A stretch of 35,166 nt of DNA from Euryarchaeota archaeon UBA53 (GTDB taxonomy: Archaea > Thermoplasmatota > Poseidoniia > Poseidoniales > Poseidoniaceae): the NCBI GenBank assembly GCA_002507425.1, contig DAZU01000043.1, positions 33,930 through 69,095 on the forward strand, in the 5' to 3' direction. Position numbers and translations under genes: made by a program. Of this stretch, positions 26,385-35,166 are shown piece after piece (within the stretch, counting starts at the first letter, position 1; each line of letters starts with the position of its first letter). A model generated the notes under the pieces. It saw only the letters and a program-made list of their open reading frames with translations, ran no database searches and was not told where the DNA came from.

Positions 26385-27407
26385 TCAACCGATTTCGTAT
26401 TTACATTGTAATGTAATAATTGTTTGATCGTCATCACATTCCAAACTAACTTTTACTGGTCTCCCCTCGCATCTTACCCACATTCCAGCAAGCATACCTG
26501 TTACAATTGAAGGAGTGGGAAGATTTTTGAAGATTAGTTGCACTCCGCCATTATCATCGATTGATGAAACGCTAAGAGGTGAACCTAAACCTCTACTACC
26601 AAGTATAGAATTGCAGCTCTCTTTCCAGCCATCTTCATCAGCAGCAAGAAATATCTCTTCGCCATTAATGAATAATTCCTTGCTAGCATTGGCTATTGAA
26701 ATAAAGCCATCATCCAAATCAGGCCAACATGATCTATCATCGTCAGATAAATTAGCAGTTAATCCTCCACAAAAACCCTGCAAACGCATGAAAATTCCTG
26801 AGGCAAGCATGTGATACTCGACACCATCAATTTTCCAACCATACTCAACCTCGATATTAAGACCTTCATCTGGCTTGTATTGACTTCCAATTTTTTTTGA
26901 ATCAGGTATGGTGTTGTTTGATTTCTCTAAGGACAAAAAACAGGAGCCATAACTTTTCTGCTCCCACCGCATTCGATACCTTTCACCGTTTATTCTCTCC
27001 AGTTGCGCCTGCATAACACCTGCAATTAAAGGATTCAAACTTCGCGTAATGAAACTATTCGATTTAACATCTGGCTCACCCCATCCGTGCATTAACCATC
27101 GGGATTTCATAGCCCTGAAGGCCTTTTTTCTGCTGAAAAGGCCAACAAAATCTAATTGCCCGTTCTGCAATAGAAATTCTTCCTCATCACAGCCGGCATT
27201 AGCCAATTTCCTACCCATTGGAGCATCTATTGTTTCCTCGAATAGTCTCCACCAGGCATCAATTTCATCACAGCGCCATAGTTGCCAAGAATTGCCACTA
27301 CTGTCGATAATCAATCCTTTAGAAAAACCAAAATTTTCTTTAAGAGTTTGCATAAGTCCCGAATCTAGTTTTAATTCTGACTCATCGATTAAAGGCATAT
27401 AAATCAC
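26385..27407 (-). CDS. Hypothetical protein, possibly tandem V4R-like domains
   Basis: Two similar halves (LMHGWG...LIAGVMQA..E and GSRGLG...IVTGMLAG.W...E). The start may be ATG 27398. Confidence 0.6.
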   Translation of the reverse strand: MIYMPLIDESELKLDSGLMQTLKENFGFSKGLIIDSSGNSWQLWRCDEIDAWWRLFEETIDAPMGRKLANAGCDEEEFLLQNGQLDFVGLFSRKKAFRAMKSRWLMHGWGEPDVKSNSFITRSLNPLIAGVMQAQLERINGERYRMRWEQKSYGSCFLSLEKSNNTIPDSKKIGSQYKPDEGLNIEVEYGWKIDGVEYHMLASGIFMRLQGFCGGLTANLSDDDRSCWPDLDDGFISIANASKELFINGEEIFLAADEDGWKESCNSILGSRGLGSPLSVSSIDDNGGVQLIFKNLPTPSIVTGMLAGMWVRCEGRPVKVSLECDDDQTIITLQCKYEIG

Positions 27408-28717
27408 AGCGGATAGCCACTCAATTCATCCTCATTGAAACAATATCTTATTGTTTGGTATTCAGATTTGAATTCTTTCACATCGCTTTTAACAGATGAC
27501 GGATCTTCCTTATCGATCAAAACTCGTGAATAAAATCTAGCGACATCCTTCATTTCGTCTACTCCCATACCCACTCTAGTCAATTCCTGTGCACCAAGGC
27601 GAAGCCCGGACGGACTCATTGCTTTAGTATCGCCTGGAAGCATATTCATGTTGGTGATAATTCCCGCTTGTTCTAACAAATCCGCAGCCTTTGCCCCTGC
27701 TCCTGAATCCAAAGAACCGTGACGAGTCAATACTTGATGCGATGCAGTATAACCTCTTGATTCTGCTAGAACATCAAACCCTTCTGAGGCAAGCGCTGCC
27801 CCTAAAGCCTTAGCATTTTTTACGGTGTTTTTAGATAAGTCTTCACCATATTCCATAAACTCAGCTAGTGCAATTACTTTACCCGCAACGTGATGTAGAT
27901 GGTATGAAGAACATGTCCCCGGGAAAATAGCATTGTTTAATTTGCGTTGAAATTTCTCGTCTTTGCTAGATGATAAAATCAAACCCCCCTGAGGGCCTGG
28001 AAATGTTTTATGCGATGATCCAGTCATAATATCAGCGCCTTCTTCCAAAGGGTTTTGAAAGCAGCCGCCTGCAATCAATCCCAAAACGTGGGCACCGTCA
28101 TACATCACTTTGGCACCAACATCGTGGGCTGCTTGTGCTAAATCTTCAAGCGGTGTAGGAAATAAGAACACGGACTGTCCAAATAAGGCAACTTTTGGCT
28201 TAACATCGTGTATCAATTTTATAGACGCATCAATGTCTGGTTCCATCCTTTCCTCATTCCACGGGTATGTGGATAAGTTTAGATCTCTTAGCCCAACTGC
28301 CCCCATTCTAGCATGAGATATGTGCCCGCCATCTGCAGTTGATACTGCTGTTATGTCATCACCAGGGTTTGATATCGCCTTTAATGTAGCAATGTTGGAT
28401 ACCGTCCCGCTAATCGATTGGATGTTTGCAAACGGTGCTTTGAATAATTGCTTTGCTAGATTAATCCCTAAATCCTCGATGGTGTCAAAGTCCCCGCAAC
28501 CTTGGTAATATCTCTTGAATGGAAGACCTTCTGCGTATCTACCATGTAGATCACTTCCCACAACTTTCTGAACCATTGGAGAAACAATATTTTCGCTAGC
28601 AATCATTCCTAACCCGTCTCTGTAGAGGGAGCCACTGTTTCGAACTGCATCCATCACTATTTTTGCTTTATTTGAGTTCTTAGAGCTCGCCTTCCATGCT
28701 CCAGCCAATTCCACCAT
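27404..28717 (-). CDS. glyA: Serine hydroxymethyltransferase (archaeal type)
   Basis: IASEN, YAEG.P..RYYQG, GGHISH, YDGAHVLGL, PLP-lysine GSSHKTFPGPQGG and SGLRLG. ATG 28717 is preferred over TTG 28756. Confidence 0.96.
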   Translation of the reverse strand: MVELAGAWKASSKNSNKAKIVMDAVRNSGSLYRDGLGMIASENIVSPMVQKVVGSDLHGRYAEGLPFKRYYQGCGDFDTIEDLGINLAKQLFKAPFANIQSISGTVSNIATLKAISNPGDDITAVSTADGGHISHARMGAVGLRDLNLSTYPWNEERMEPDIDASIKLIHDVKPKVALFGQSVFLFPTPLEDLAQAAHDVGAKVMYDGAHVLGLIAGGCFQNPLEEGADIMTGSSHKTFPGPQGGLILSSSKDEKFQRKLNNAIFPGTCSSYHLHHVAGKVIALAEFMEYGEDLSKNTVKNAKALGAALASEGFDVLAESRGYTASHQVLTRHGSLDSGAGAKAADLLEQAGIITNMNMLPGDTKAMSPSGLRLGAQELTRVGMGVDEMKDVARFYSRVLIDKEDPSSVKSDVKEFKSEYQTIRYCFNEDELSGYPL

Positions 28718-28777
28718 AACATTACGGTTTAATGGCAGGCCTTTGACATTTTGCAATAAATGATTTTGCTAAACTTA

Positions 28778-31700
28778 TCATGATGGGCGTCTAGGTCCTC
28801 CAGATCGCATAGCTCTTGCTTGTTTTTCTGAAATTATTGTGTTGTGAGGTATTCCTCTTCGCCTCAGATCCGTAGACATGATGTTCGTTTTAGATTGCGA
28901 TCTTCCAAGAGGTTTTCCCGCACGCCCAAGTTTTCTTTGAATTAATTGAGACCTACCTCGGTAAGCGACTGGCCCGACCAAACGCTCCATAGCGGGTATT
29001 TCGCTTCCTTCCTCCTTCGGCCTTTTAAGCCACCAACCCGGAGAAAGATTTGTCGTTCTAGCGTCCTTTTCGCGTTTCATGTTATTTGCCCTTCTAGCTA
29101 GTTTAGGTTTCAAGGACCTTTCGGTTTCTTTGGGTACGTAATTTGTTAACCAACCTGGGAGCCCTACATCGTATACAACCCCGTTTATTGTCAGTAACAT
29201 TCCAGACAATAATAGATGAGTGCCGACTGGTAATTCTGATCTACTTAGGTTTATTTTGTGCCTCTTTGCTCTTTTTGCGTAGGATATCATCGCTTTTTGA
29301 TCTCTATGTCGTATGACACGCTTTTGCTGCTTCCTGAATCTGCGAGCGCTTTGATGTAAAAATATCGCACCAATTCCAATTGAAAGACCTTCAAACATTC
29401 CGACTTCACCATATGCGTATATTCCAGCCAAAACCCAGATTGGAGTCAAAACACCCCAATTAAATATTACAGAAACGATACTCGATGTATAACGAGGTGT
29501 CATTTTCCTGTCAACTGCTTTGGCTGCTGTAACCATGACATTCGCATTTAGTGCTTCATCAACGCCTCCTTTTACCATCAGAGCAGCAATAGGATTAACA
29601 GGTGCATCGTCTATCCATCGTTTAGAAGATTTTGATGTTGGCTTAGTTAATGAAATTTCCAAATCTTGCTCATCTTGTCTCTTTGGTCGTCCAAGGATAT
29701 TCGCTAATGCTTTGACTCTTGGATCATATCCATCAGTTTCCTCTAATTCGTCAAGGACACTCAATGCACTGTGCCATTCTCCCTTATCTATCAAACAAAG
29801 ACAAGCAGCGATTCTGGGTTTAGCCATCAAGGGATACTCCCTAACAAGCCTCAAGGCTGTATCCATTGCATCTTTGTGACGATTCTGTGCTCTCAAAAGA
29901 GCAACGTGGGATAGGCGTGCGTTTACAGTAAGATTGTCCTTGTGCAACGCACCGTCAACAGGCTGAGGACTCCAACTACGCAGCATACGCATCAGGTCAT
30001 TGAGATGGTCTATACAGGAGTTGTTTTCCCAGTCCCATATGTCATCCTCATCTACCGAACCGTTCCATGGATCGAACCATTCACAAATAAAAGCAAGTAG
30101 CTCTGGTTCATCGTAACCCTCTGATTGTTGTAAATTGTGCAAGGCCTCTCTAGCAGCATCCAACCTTCGACATGCAATGTGTCCTGCGGCAATAATCATG
30201 CGAGCTTCATCGTCTTCTCCACCACCTTGAGCTAATACTTTTTTTGCTTCCTCTATTGCATTAGGCCAGAGCCCTCTCAAAGCCATTTCAACCATTCTAG
30301 CCCTGCTTTTTGCTAAACGCACAATAGCCTCATCTTCACCTATCGATCTATCTTGAAATCTAATAAGAGAATCGATGTCGTTTTTCAGCCCTGCCTCTGC
30401 GACTAGGTCTGACATCCAATTACCTCCACCGCTCAGAATAGCTCCTTCTCTTCTCTGGTCAGGATTTAGGTCAAACTTAAGATTACGAAGTGGATTAAAT
30501 TTTGCAATAGATAACACCCAAGTTAACAAAAATATTGTCTGACCAACTGCAATAAATATCCACGTTACCAGCAAACGATTCCTTTCATCGAAACCTATTG
30601 ATTCAAAATAATCAATAAATGGCATTAAACCTCCAAATTCTTTGTAGCAAACCAGCATAAGCAGTAATGCGGTGTAGCCACTGAAACCGGCAAATGCGAA
30701 ATATAGAATTCTCGCTTGTGCTTTGTCTTCAGAACGAATCTCTCTAGGAGTTGCAAGTAGAACACCTCCCAGTCCGCCAAATGCTTGGCCACCTAAGAAC
30801 AGGTTTCTAATTAGTTCAAATATGAAAGCAAGCCCAATAATTGCAATGTTAAGTGATAAGTAGGCTGCTAAAACCTCTGGTAGGCTTTTCAATGCCTCCC
30901 ACTCAGCGAGCAGTGGATTTTCTTGGATTAGCAAATAGACCTGATGACCCAATATGCCTCCATAGTTCAGTATTTCTTGGGAATTATCGGGGTCGTTTAG
31001 CATTACATGAATCACCGTCACTATACCATTTATTGCTGTAAAAGGCATTGTCAAAAGGAACAGAATAAGTATGAAAGCAAACGCTCTTCCGATAAATCCT
31101 AATTTCTTTGCATCGATTGGATTTGGCCTACCTAACCATGTTCTAAATTTTCCAATAATGAGCATATTCCAAGAAGCACCCATTATTCTTCCATACGCTA
31201 GAATCGTAGGGCCCATGAATACTAAGCAAGACACTGCTAATAGAATCGGCTGTTGATCGTCTGATATCCTTGGCTTTAGTAAAAAATAAACCGCTAGTGA
31301 AACGACGAATAAACCGATAAGTGTTCCACTCCTCCTAAAAAATAATCTCAGGAGTTTGTTTTTTCCAATATCAATCCTCCTTCCAACTAATTGGCCATTA
31401 AGTGATTCCCAAGGAGATATAAATATAGGGATAAGAATCAATAAACCAATTAAAAGTAGATTAGGTAAATAGTAAACTTCTGGCTCAAATACTAACTCAG
31501 CAATCATAAGAAGAACACCAGTCATTGCCATCATATACAGGGCAATGCCAAATCCTACATTCTGGAGTTTCAATAATCTCCTTACTCCTCCTCTTCCTTT
31601 GGTTAAACTATGGACTTCATACAGCCCATCATCAATCTCAAACCCTACTTGAAGACTAGAGAGCTGTGTCGGAATCATCCATTTCCACAATAATAACGCT

Positions 31701-31828
31701 GTGAAAAAAGCAATTAAGAAAGGAATTAAGTGTGATAGTGAAAGATCAGCAGGGTTGACTACTGTGCTGGCACTAACAACCGGTAACAATGTCACACAGG
31801 CGATTGATAACAGTATATGTCGCCGCAT
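28778..31828 (-). CDS. Large polytopic membrane protein with TPR-like helical domain and basic C-terminal tail
   Basis: About 10 N-terminal TM segments, TPR-like repeats (e.g. AACLCLIDKGEWHSALSVL), 2 further TMs and an Arg/Lys-rich C-terminus. Confidence 0.75.
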   Translation of the reverse strand: MRRHILLSIACVTLLPVVSASTVVNPADLSLSHLIPFLIAFFTALLLWKWMIPTQLSSLQVGFEIDDGLYEVHSLTKGRGGVRRLLKLQNVGFGIALYMMAMTGVLLMIAELVFEPEVYYLPNLLLIGLLILIPIFISPWESLNGQLVGRRIDIGKNKLLRLFFRRSGTLIGLFVVSLAVYFLLKPRISDDQQPILLAVSCLVFMGPTILAYGRIMGASWNMLIIGKFRTWLGRPNPIDAKKLGFIGRAFAFILILFLLTMPFTAINGIVTVIHVMLNDPDNSQEILNYGGILGHQVYLLIQENPLLAEWEALKSLPEVLAAYLSLNIAIIGLAFIFELIRNLFLGGQAFGGLGGVLLATPREIRSEDKAQARILYFAFAGFSGYTALLLMLVCYKEFGGLMPFIDYFESIGFDERNRLLVTWIFIAVGQTIFLLTWVLSIAKFNPLRNLKFDLNPDQRREGAILSGGGNWMSDLVAEAGLKNDIDSLIRFQDRSIGEDEAIVRLAKSRARMVEMALRGLWPNAIEEAKKVLAQGGGEDDEARMIIAAGHIACRRLDAAREALHNLQQSEGYDEPELLAFICEWFDPWNGSVDEDDIWDWENNSCIDHLNDLMRMLRSWSPQPVDGALHKDNLTVNARLSHVALLRAQNRHKDAMDTALRLVREYPLMAKPRIAACLCLIDKGEWHSALSVLDELEETDGYDPRVKALANILGRPKRQDEQDLEISLTKPTSKSSKRWIDDAPVNPIAALMVKGGVDEALNANVMVTAAKAVDRKMTPRYTSSIVSVIFNWGVLTPIWVLAGIYAYGEVGMFEGLSIGIGAIFLHQSARRFRKQQKRVIRHRDQKAMISYAKRAKRHKINLSRSELPVGTHLLLSGMLLTINGVVYDVGLPGWLTNYVPKETERSLKPKLARRANNMKREKDARTTNLSPGWWLKRPKEEGSEIPAMERLVGPVAYRGRSQLIQRKLGRAGKPLGRSQSKTNIMSTDLRRRGIPHNTIISEKQARAMRSGGPRRPS

Positions 31829-31853
31829 ATTAATTCCCTTTCTTTATTTACAA

Positions 31854-33065
31854 TTAGTTATTATTAAGACGATGACGGGCCAAGAAACTCTCGATTCTAT
31901 TGAAAGCAATATTCAGAGTGTCTTCATCTGCAAGATACACGATTCTAATATGGCCATTTCCTTTTCTTGGGGAAAAACCACTACCATGAACAACAAGAAC
32001 TTTTTCTTCTTCCAACAATTGTAAAACAAACGCTTTGTCATCATTTGCCCATTTTTCGTCTGTTAGTCTTACAAAAATGTAAAACGCGCCTCCGGGAGCT
32101 TCCACTTCGAGCCCTTTGATTTCTGCTATGCGTTTTAGACATAAATTTCGACGCCTTTTGACCTTAGATGCGTATTCAACCATCCAAGACCTGTCCTGCT
32201 CTAATCCAGCAAGGTAACCAATTTGTGCAGGGGTGCTTGCGCATAGTCTAGATCTTAGTAAGCGCTCTATTCCATCTCTGACATCGAGCATGACCTCTGT
32301 TGGGTCATGCATAGCAAGGTAACCTATTCTCCAACCAGGAGCATAGTATACCTTAGAAACACCATTAAGAGCAAATACAGGAACATCGCTTGAACGGGAT
32401 GCTATTGAAACGTGCTTATTGGTAAAATCGAGGCCATCATAAATCTCGTCAGCGATAATCATGCAATTTGGCCACTTTTTCACAATTTTTAGAACACTAT
32501 CAATTTCTTCAGCGGTTGTCACATTTCCAGTTGGATTATTCGGATTAACCAACACTAAAAGGCGAACACTATCGTCCATCTTGTTTTCAATGTCGTCTAA
32601 ATCGATTGCCCAGCCATCATCCGATTTTAATGAATATTCGATAGTTTCAGCTCCAAACATTTGTGGATACGCCATGTAGGGAGGATAATGTGGTCCAGGG
32701 GCAAGGACTTTTGTTCCTTCTTCAAGGGTCGCTGCAAATATTATCTGAAGCGCTTCTGTCACGCCGTGACAAACATAAACATCGTCTGCTTTACAATCCC
32801 AACCTTTCCTAACCTCGTCTTTTGCTATTGCTGAGCGCAAATCTGGTATGCCGTATGACGGGGAATAACCATTTTTACCATCAGTCAATGCATTCTTATA
32901 GGCGTCAATCATATGTTTTGGTGTCGGTAATCCGGGATATGCAATCGGATCGCCAATGTTCAATTTGATTATTTTATGTCCCTCAGATTCCAATTTAGTT
33001 GCTGGAACAACTACATCTCTGATGGCATATTCAATTTTTGATGCACGAGACGATACCGGGATCAT
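31854..33065 (-). CDS. Class I/II PLP aminotransferase (alanine aminotransferase-like)
   Basis: IEYAIRD, LNIGDP, NPNNPTG, ADEIYD, NGVSKVYYAPGWRIG and VHGSGF. ATG 33065 overlaps the EVE gene stop (TAATG). Confidence 0.92.
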   Translation of the reverse strand: MIPVSSRASKIEYAIRDVVVPATKLESEGHKIIKLNIGDPIAYPGLPTPKHMIDAYKNALTDGKNGYSPSYGIPDLRSAIAKDEVRKGWDCKADDVYVCHGVTEALQIIFAATLEEGTKVLAPGPHYPPYMAYPQMFGAETIEYSLKSDDGWAIDLDDIENKMDDSVRLLVLVNPNNPTGNVTTAEEIDSVLKIVKKWPNCMIIADEIYDGLDFTNKHVSIASRSSDVPVFALNGVSKVYYAPGWRIGYLAMHDPTEVMLDVRDGIERLLRSRLCASTPAQIGYLAGLEQDRSWMVEYASKVKRRRNLCLKRIAEIKGLEVEAPGGAFYIFVRLTDEKWANDDKAFVLQLLEEEKVLVVHGSGFSPRKGNGHIRIVYLADEDTLNIAFNRIESFLARHRLNNN

Positions 33066-33523
33066 TAAACTCCACCCATTCTGCAAATTTCTTCATATTG
33101 GACCTTAGATACTGGTTGCACCGATAGTCGCTGTCCACGTTGAACTAATGGCATATCGCTTAACAATTCATTAGATTTGATATCAGGGAGGCTTACCATT
33201 TTCATCTCCTTCACAGGTTCAATGTCTACCATAATCCAACGTGGATTATCTGGGGTTGATTTTTCATCATAATACTTTGAATCTGTATCCCAAGAAGTAA
33301 AGTCAGGGTAGCCTTCTTGGCAGATTCTTGCAATACCTGCGACATGCGGAGGTTTGGTATTCGAGTGATAAAACAAGACCATATCTCCTACTTTCATATC
33401 ATCTCTCATTATGTTTCGAGCTTGATAATTTCTAACACCATCCCAGTGTGTCGAACCATCCGCAACTAACTGTGAATATGGATAAACATGGGGCTCAGAT
33501 TTCATCAACCAGTAGCGGGTCAT
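33065..33523 (-). CDS. EVE domain protein (THYN1-like)
   Basis: YWLMKSEP, WDGVRNYQARN, GD.VLFYHS, PRW.MVD and RLSVQPV. Confidence 0.95.
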   Translation of the reverse strand: MTRYWLMKSEPHVYPYSQLVADGSTHWDGVRNYQARNIMRDDMKVGDMVLFYHSNTKPPHVAGIARICQEGYPDFTSWDTDSKYYDEKSTPDNPRWIMVDIEPVKEMKMVSLPDIKSNELLSDMPLVQRGQRLSVQPVSKVQYEEICRMGGV

Positions 33524-33554
33524 GTTAATACCAAGGGGTGTCCATCCTTAGAGT

Positions 33555-35166
33555 TCACCATGCATCGCCTCTGTCGGGAATGAGGGTAGCATCGACCACA
33601 TCGATGTCACCGCGTGATGAAACCTTGCCAAGACCTAATTTTCTCGCCATTGAACTGGTGCCACCTGTAGAACCAATTCCTATCTCTTCTAACAAAACAA
33701 AAATCGCAGGTAACAAAATCAAGGCACTAGCGGCAGCTATCCAAAGCAAAATTATGATTACTGTGATAAATGGTTTGATCTCAGGAATTGGAATTTGATA
33801 CGCAGTTACCATTCCTAATGTAGTTACAGTTGCTGCTTCAAACAGCGACATTCCCGTACTTACTGTCGAAGTTCTGATAGCCTCAATACCACCACCTAAC
33901 TCTCTTATTCGATTTGATATATGTATTGAGAAATCGACACCTACCCCTACAAGAATTGAACCAATCATTACAGTTACAAGTGATAGACTAACATCCATTT
34001 GCCACATAACCAGCCATTGTAGAGCAACGGTTGCGATGACAGGAGAAGTAGTCCAGATTGAAAAGCGAATGTCCTTGAACACAATTGCTAGTGTCATTAG
34101 TGTAAGTATGACAGCAAATCCTAATGAAGACCATTGGCTGCCAACAATCAATTCATTCACAGCTATGGCTGTTGCAGCAACTCCAGTTAAGTCGCCTGCG
34201 TATATGTTTCCTTGATAGTCTCTAGAAGCGTATTCGTTGACTAAGCTAACAGCTTCAGAGGTTTCAGCAACTGGCACGAACGGCATATCGACGTATATCA
34301 GGTTCCGACTGTAATCATCCGATATGAACAATCCTCTGGTTTCATCCGTCAAGCTTGAGTAAAATACGTTTAACAGGAATCTCTCCGCTACAACACTTTC
34401 TGTCCCATTTGCACGAGGTGCTGTCAAAACTTCCCAAAAAGTTACGTCCTCCGAAAATTGTCTATTGATATATGGCTCAAGGGCATCTTTAATATCCTCT
34501 GGAACCAGTGGGTTATCGGTTAAATTCCAGAGGGGAGTTCCACTAACATTTCCACCCACACCAACAGATTTCATCAAGAATACAATACTTACCGCATTGG
34601 TCTCATCAATTGTGTTGATTTCGTTTTCAAGGTCTGATAATCCTAACAGTTTCTCTACTGGTTCGTCTTCTTCAACGGGAGCATCTCCTGAAATGTCTCC
34701 TTTTATGAGAACCATACCAACCTGACCAGCATTGAAATCTCTAGAATATTCCTTCATCGTCACAACAGAAGGCTCGTCTTCTGGGGCCATTCCCAGTAGA
34801 TCGATGTTTTCTTCAACGTTTTCCTGTCCCCAGAATCCTGAAATGAAAATCATTACCATAAATATTGCAATAACTCCTTTTGACCATTTTATGGGTACTT
34901 GAACTACTTTTTCAAAAACTGGAAGGGGAGGATGTTTAGGCTTACGTAAGTCTAACAGAAGCGTTAGGTTTGGTACCATTGCCATTGTCAAAAAGTAAAC
35001 TATTACAATACCACCTGACAATGCTATTCCTACTGTTTCGATAGGTTTCATTGGTGTAAAAGTAAGTGAAATGAAACCTATAACAGTAGTAACAGCGGAT
35101 AAGAACACAGCTCTGCCGGTTGAAGCAAGTGATTGACGTATTTTTTCATCTTTGGTTCCTGTTTCT
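33555..35166 (-). CDS. MMPL/RND-family transporter (5'-truncated by window)
   Basis: STGRAVFLSAVTTVIGF, GVGVDFSIH, and repeated TM blocks flanking an extracytoplasmic loop. The frame is open to the window end. Confidence 0.9.
   Translation of the reverse strand, partial: ETGTKDEKIRQSLASTGRAVFLSAVTTVIGFISLTFTPMKPIETVGIALSGGIVIVYFLTMAMVPNLTLLLDLRKPKHPPLPVFEKVVQVPIKWSKGVIAIFMVMIFISGFWGQENVEENIDLLGMAPEDEPSVVTMKEYSRDFNAGQVGMVLIKGDISGDAPVEEDEPVEKLLGLSDLENEINTIDETNAVSIVFLMKSVGVGGNVSGTPLWNLTDNPLVPEDIKDALEPYINRQFSEDVTFWEVLTAPRANGTESVVAERFLLNVFYSSLTDETRGLFISDDYSRNLIYVDMPFVPVAETSEAVSLVNEYASRDYQGNIYAGDLTGVAATAIAVNELIVGSQWSSLGFAVILTLMTLAIVFKDIRFSIWTTSPVIATVALQWLVMWQMDVSLSLVTVMIGSILVGVGVDFSIHISNRIRELGGGIEAIRTSTVSTGMSLFEAATVTTLGMVTAYQIPIPEIKPFITVIIILLWIAAASALILLPAIFVLLEEIGIGSTGGTSSMARKLGLGKVSSRGDIDVVDATLIPDRGDAW

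Noticed and set aside
33065-33523. EVE protein as part of an anti-phage defence island
   Set aside because: There is no nuclease, methylase, toxin or mobile gene nearby, and the neighbours are housekeeping genes.
1660-34725. Numerous short antisense or alternate-frame ORFs nested in long genes (e.g. 12904-13452, 25132-25536, 29520-29879)
   Set aside because: They are shadow ORFs of well-supported genes with no recognisable motifs.

Overview
A gene-dense archaeal chromosome segment of roughly 40% GC (estimated by eye). Archaeal markers are a tRNA-splicing endonuclease, an archease, an archaeal 7S SRP RNA and a geranylgeranyl reductase. These occur alongside bacterial-type TopB, quinone-dependent PyrD, MqnC and PntB, and many acidic Ca-binding surface proteins and peptidases. 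This mix suggests Marine Group II Euryarchaeota (Poseidoniales), which is an inference. I count 26 protein genes (two cut by the window edges) and an SRP RNA at about 8646-8936 (-) that the ORF track does not show. I saw no mobile element, CRISPR array, tRNA or rRNA. The most unusual items are: (i) a putative operon encoding a Reeler-like CxCH membrane protein, a TatC-like protein fused to a Cys-rich domain resembling the HdrA N-terminal module, and a membrane-anchored M6 protease; (ii) a wHTH-3xTerB-like / degenerate RfaE-kinase / archease operon divergent from endA; (iii) a TSP3-repeat lipoprotein with a PNGase F-like C-terminus; (iv) a DxDxDG-repeat surface protein carrying a lysine-less lipoyl/biotinyl-like domain; (v) a recurrent TTCA(A/T) promoter-like motif about 30 nt before start codons that lack an RBS.
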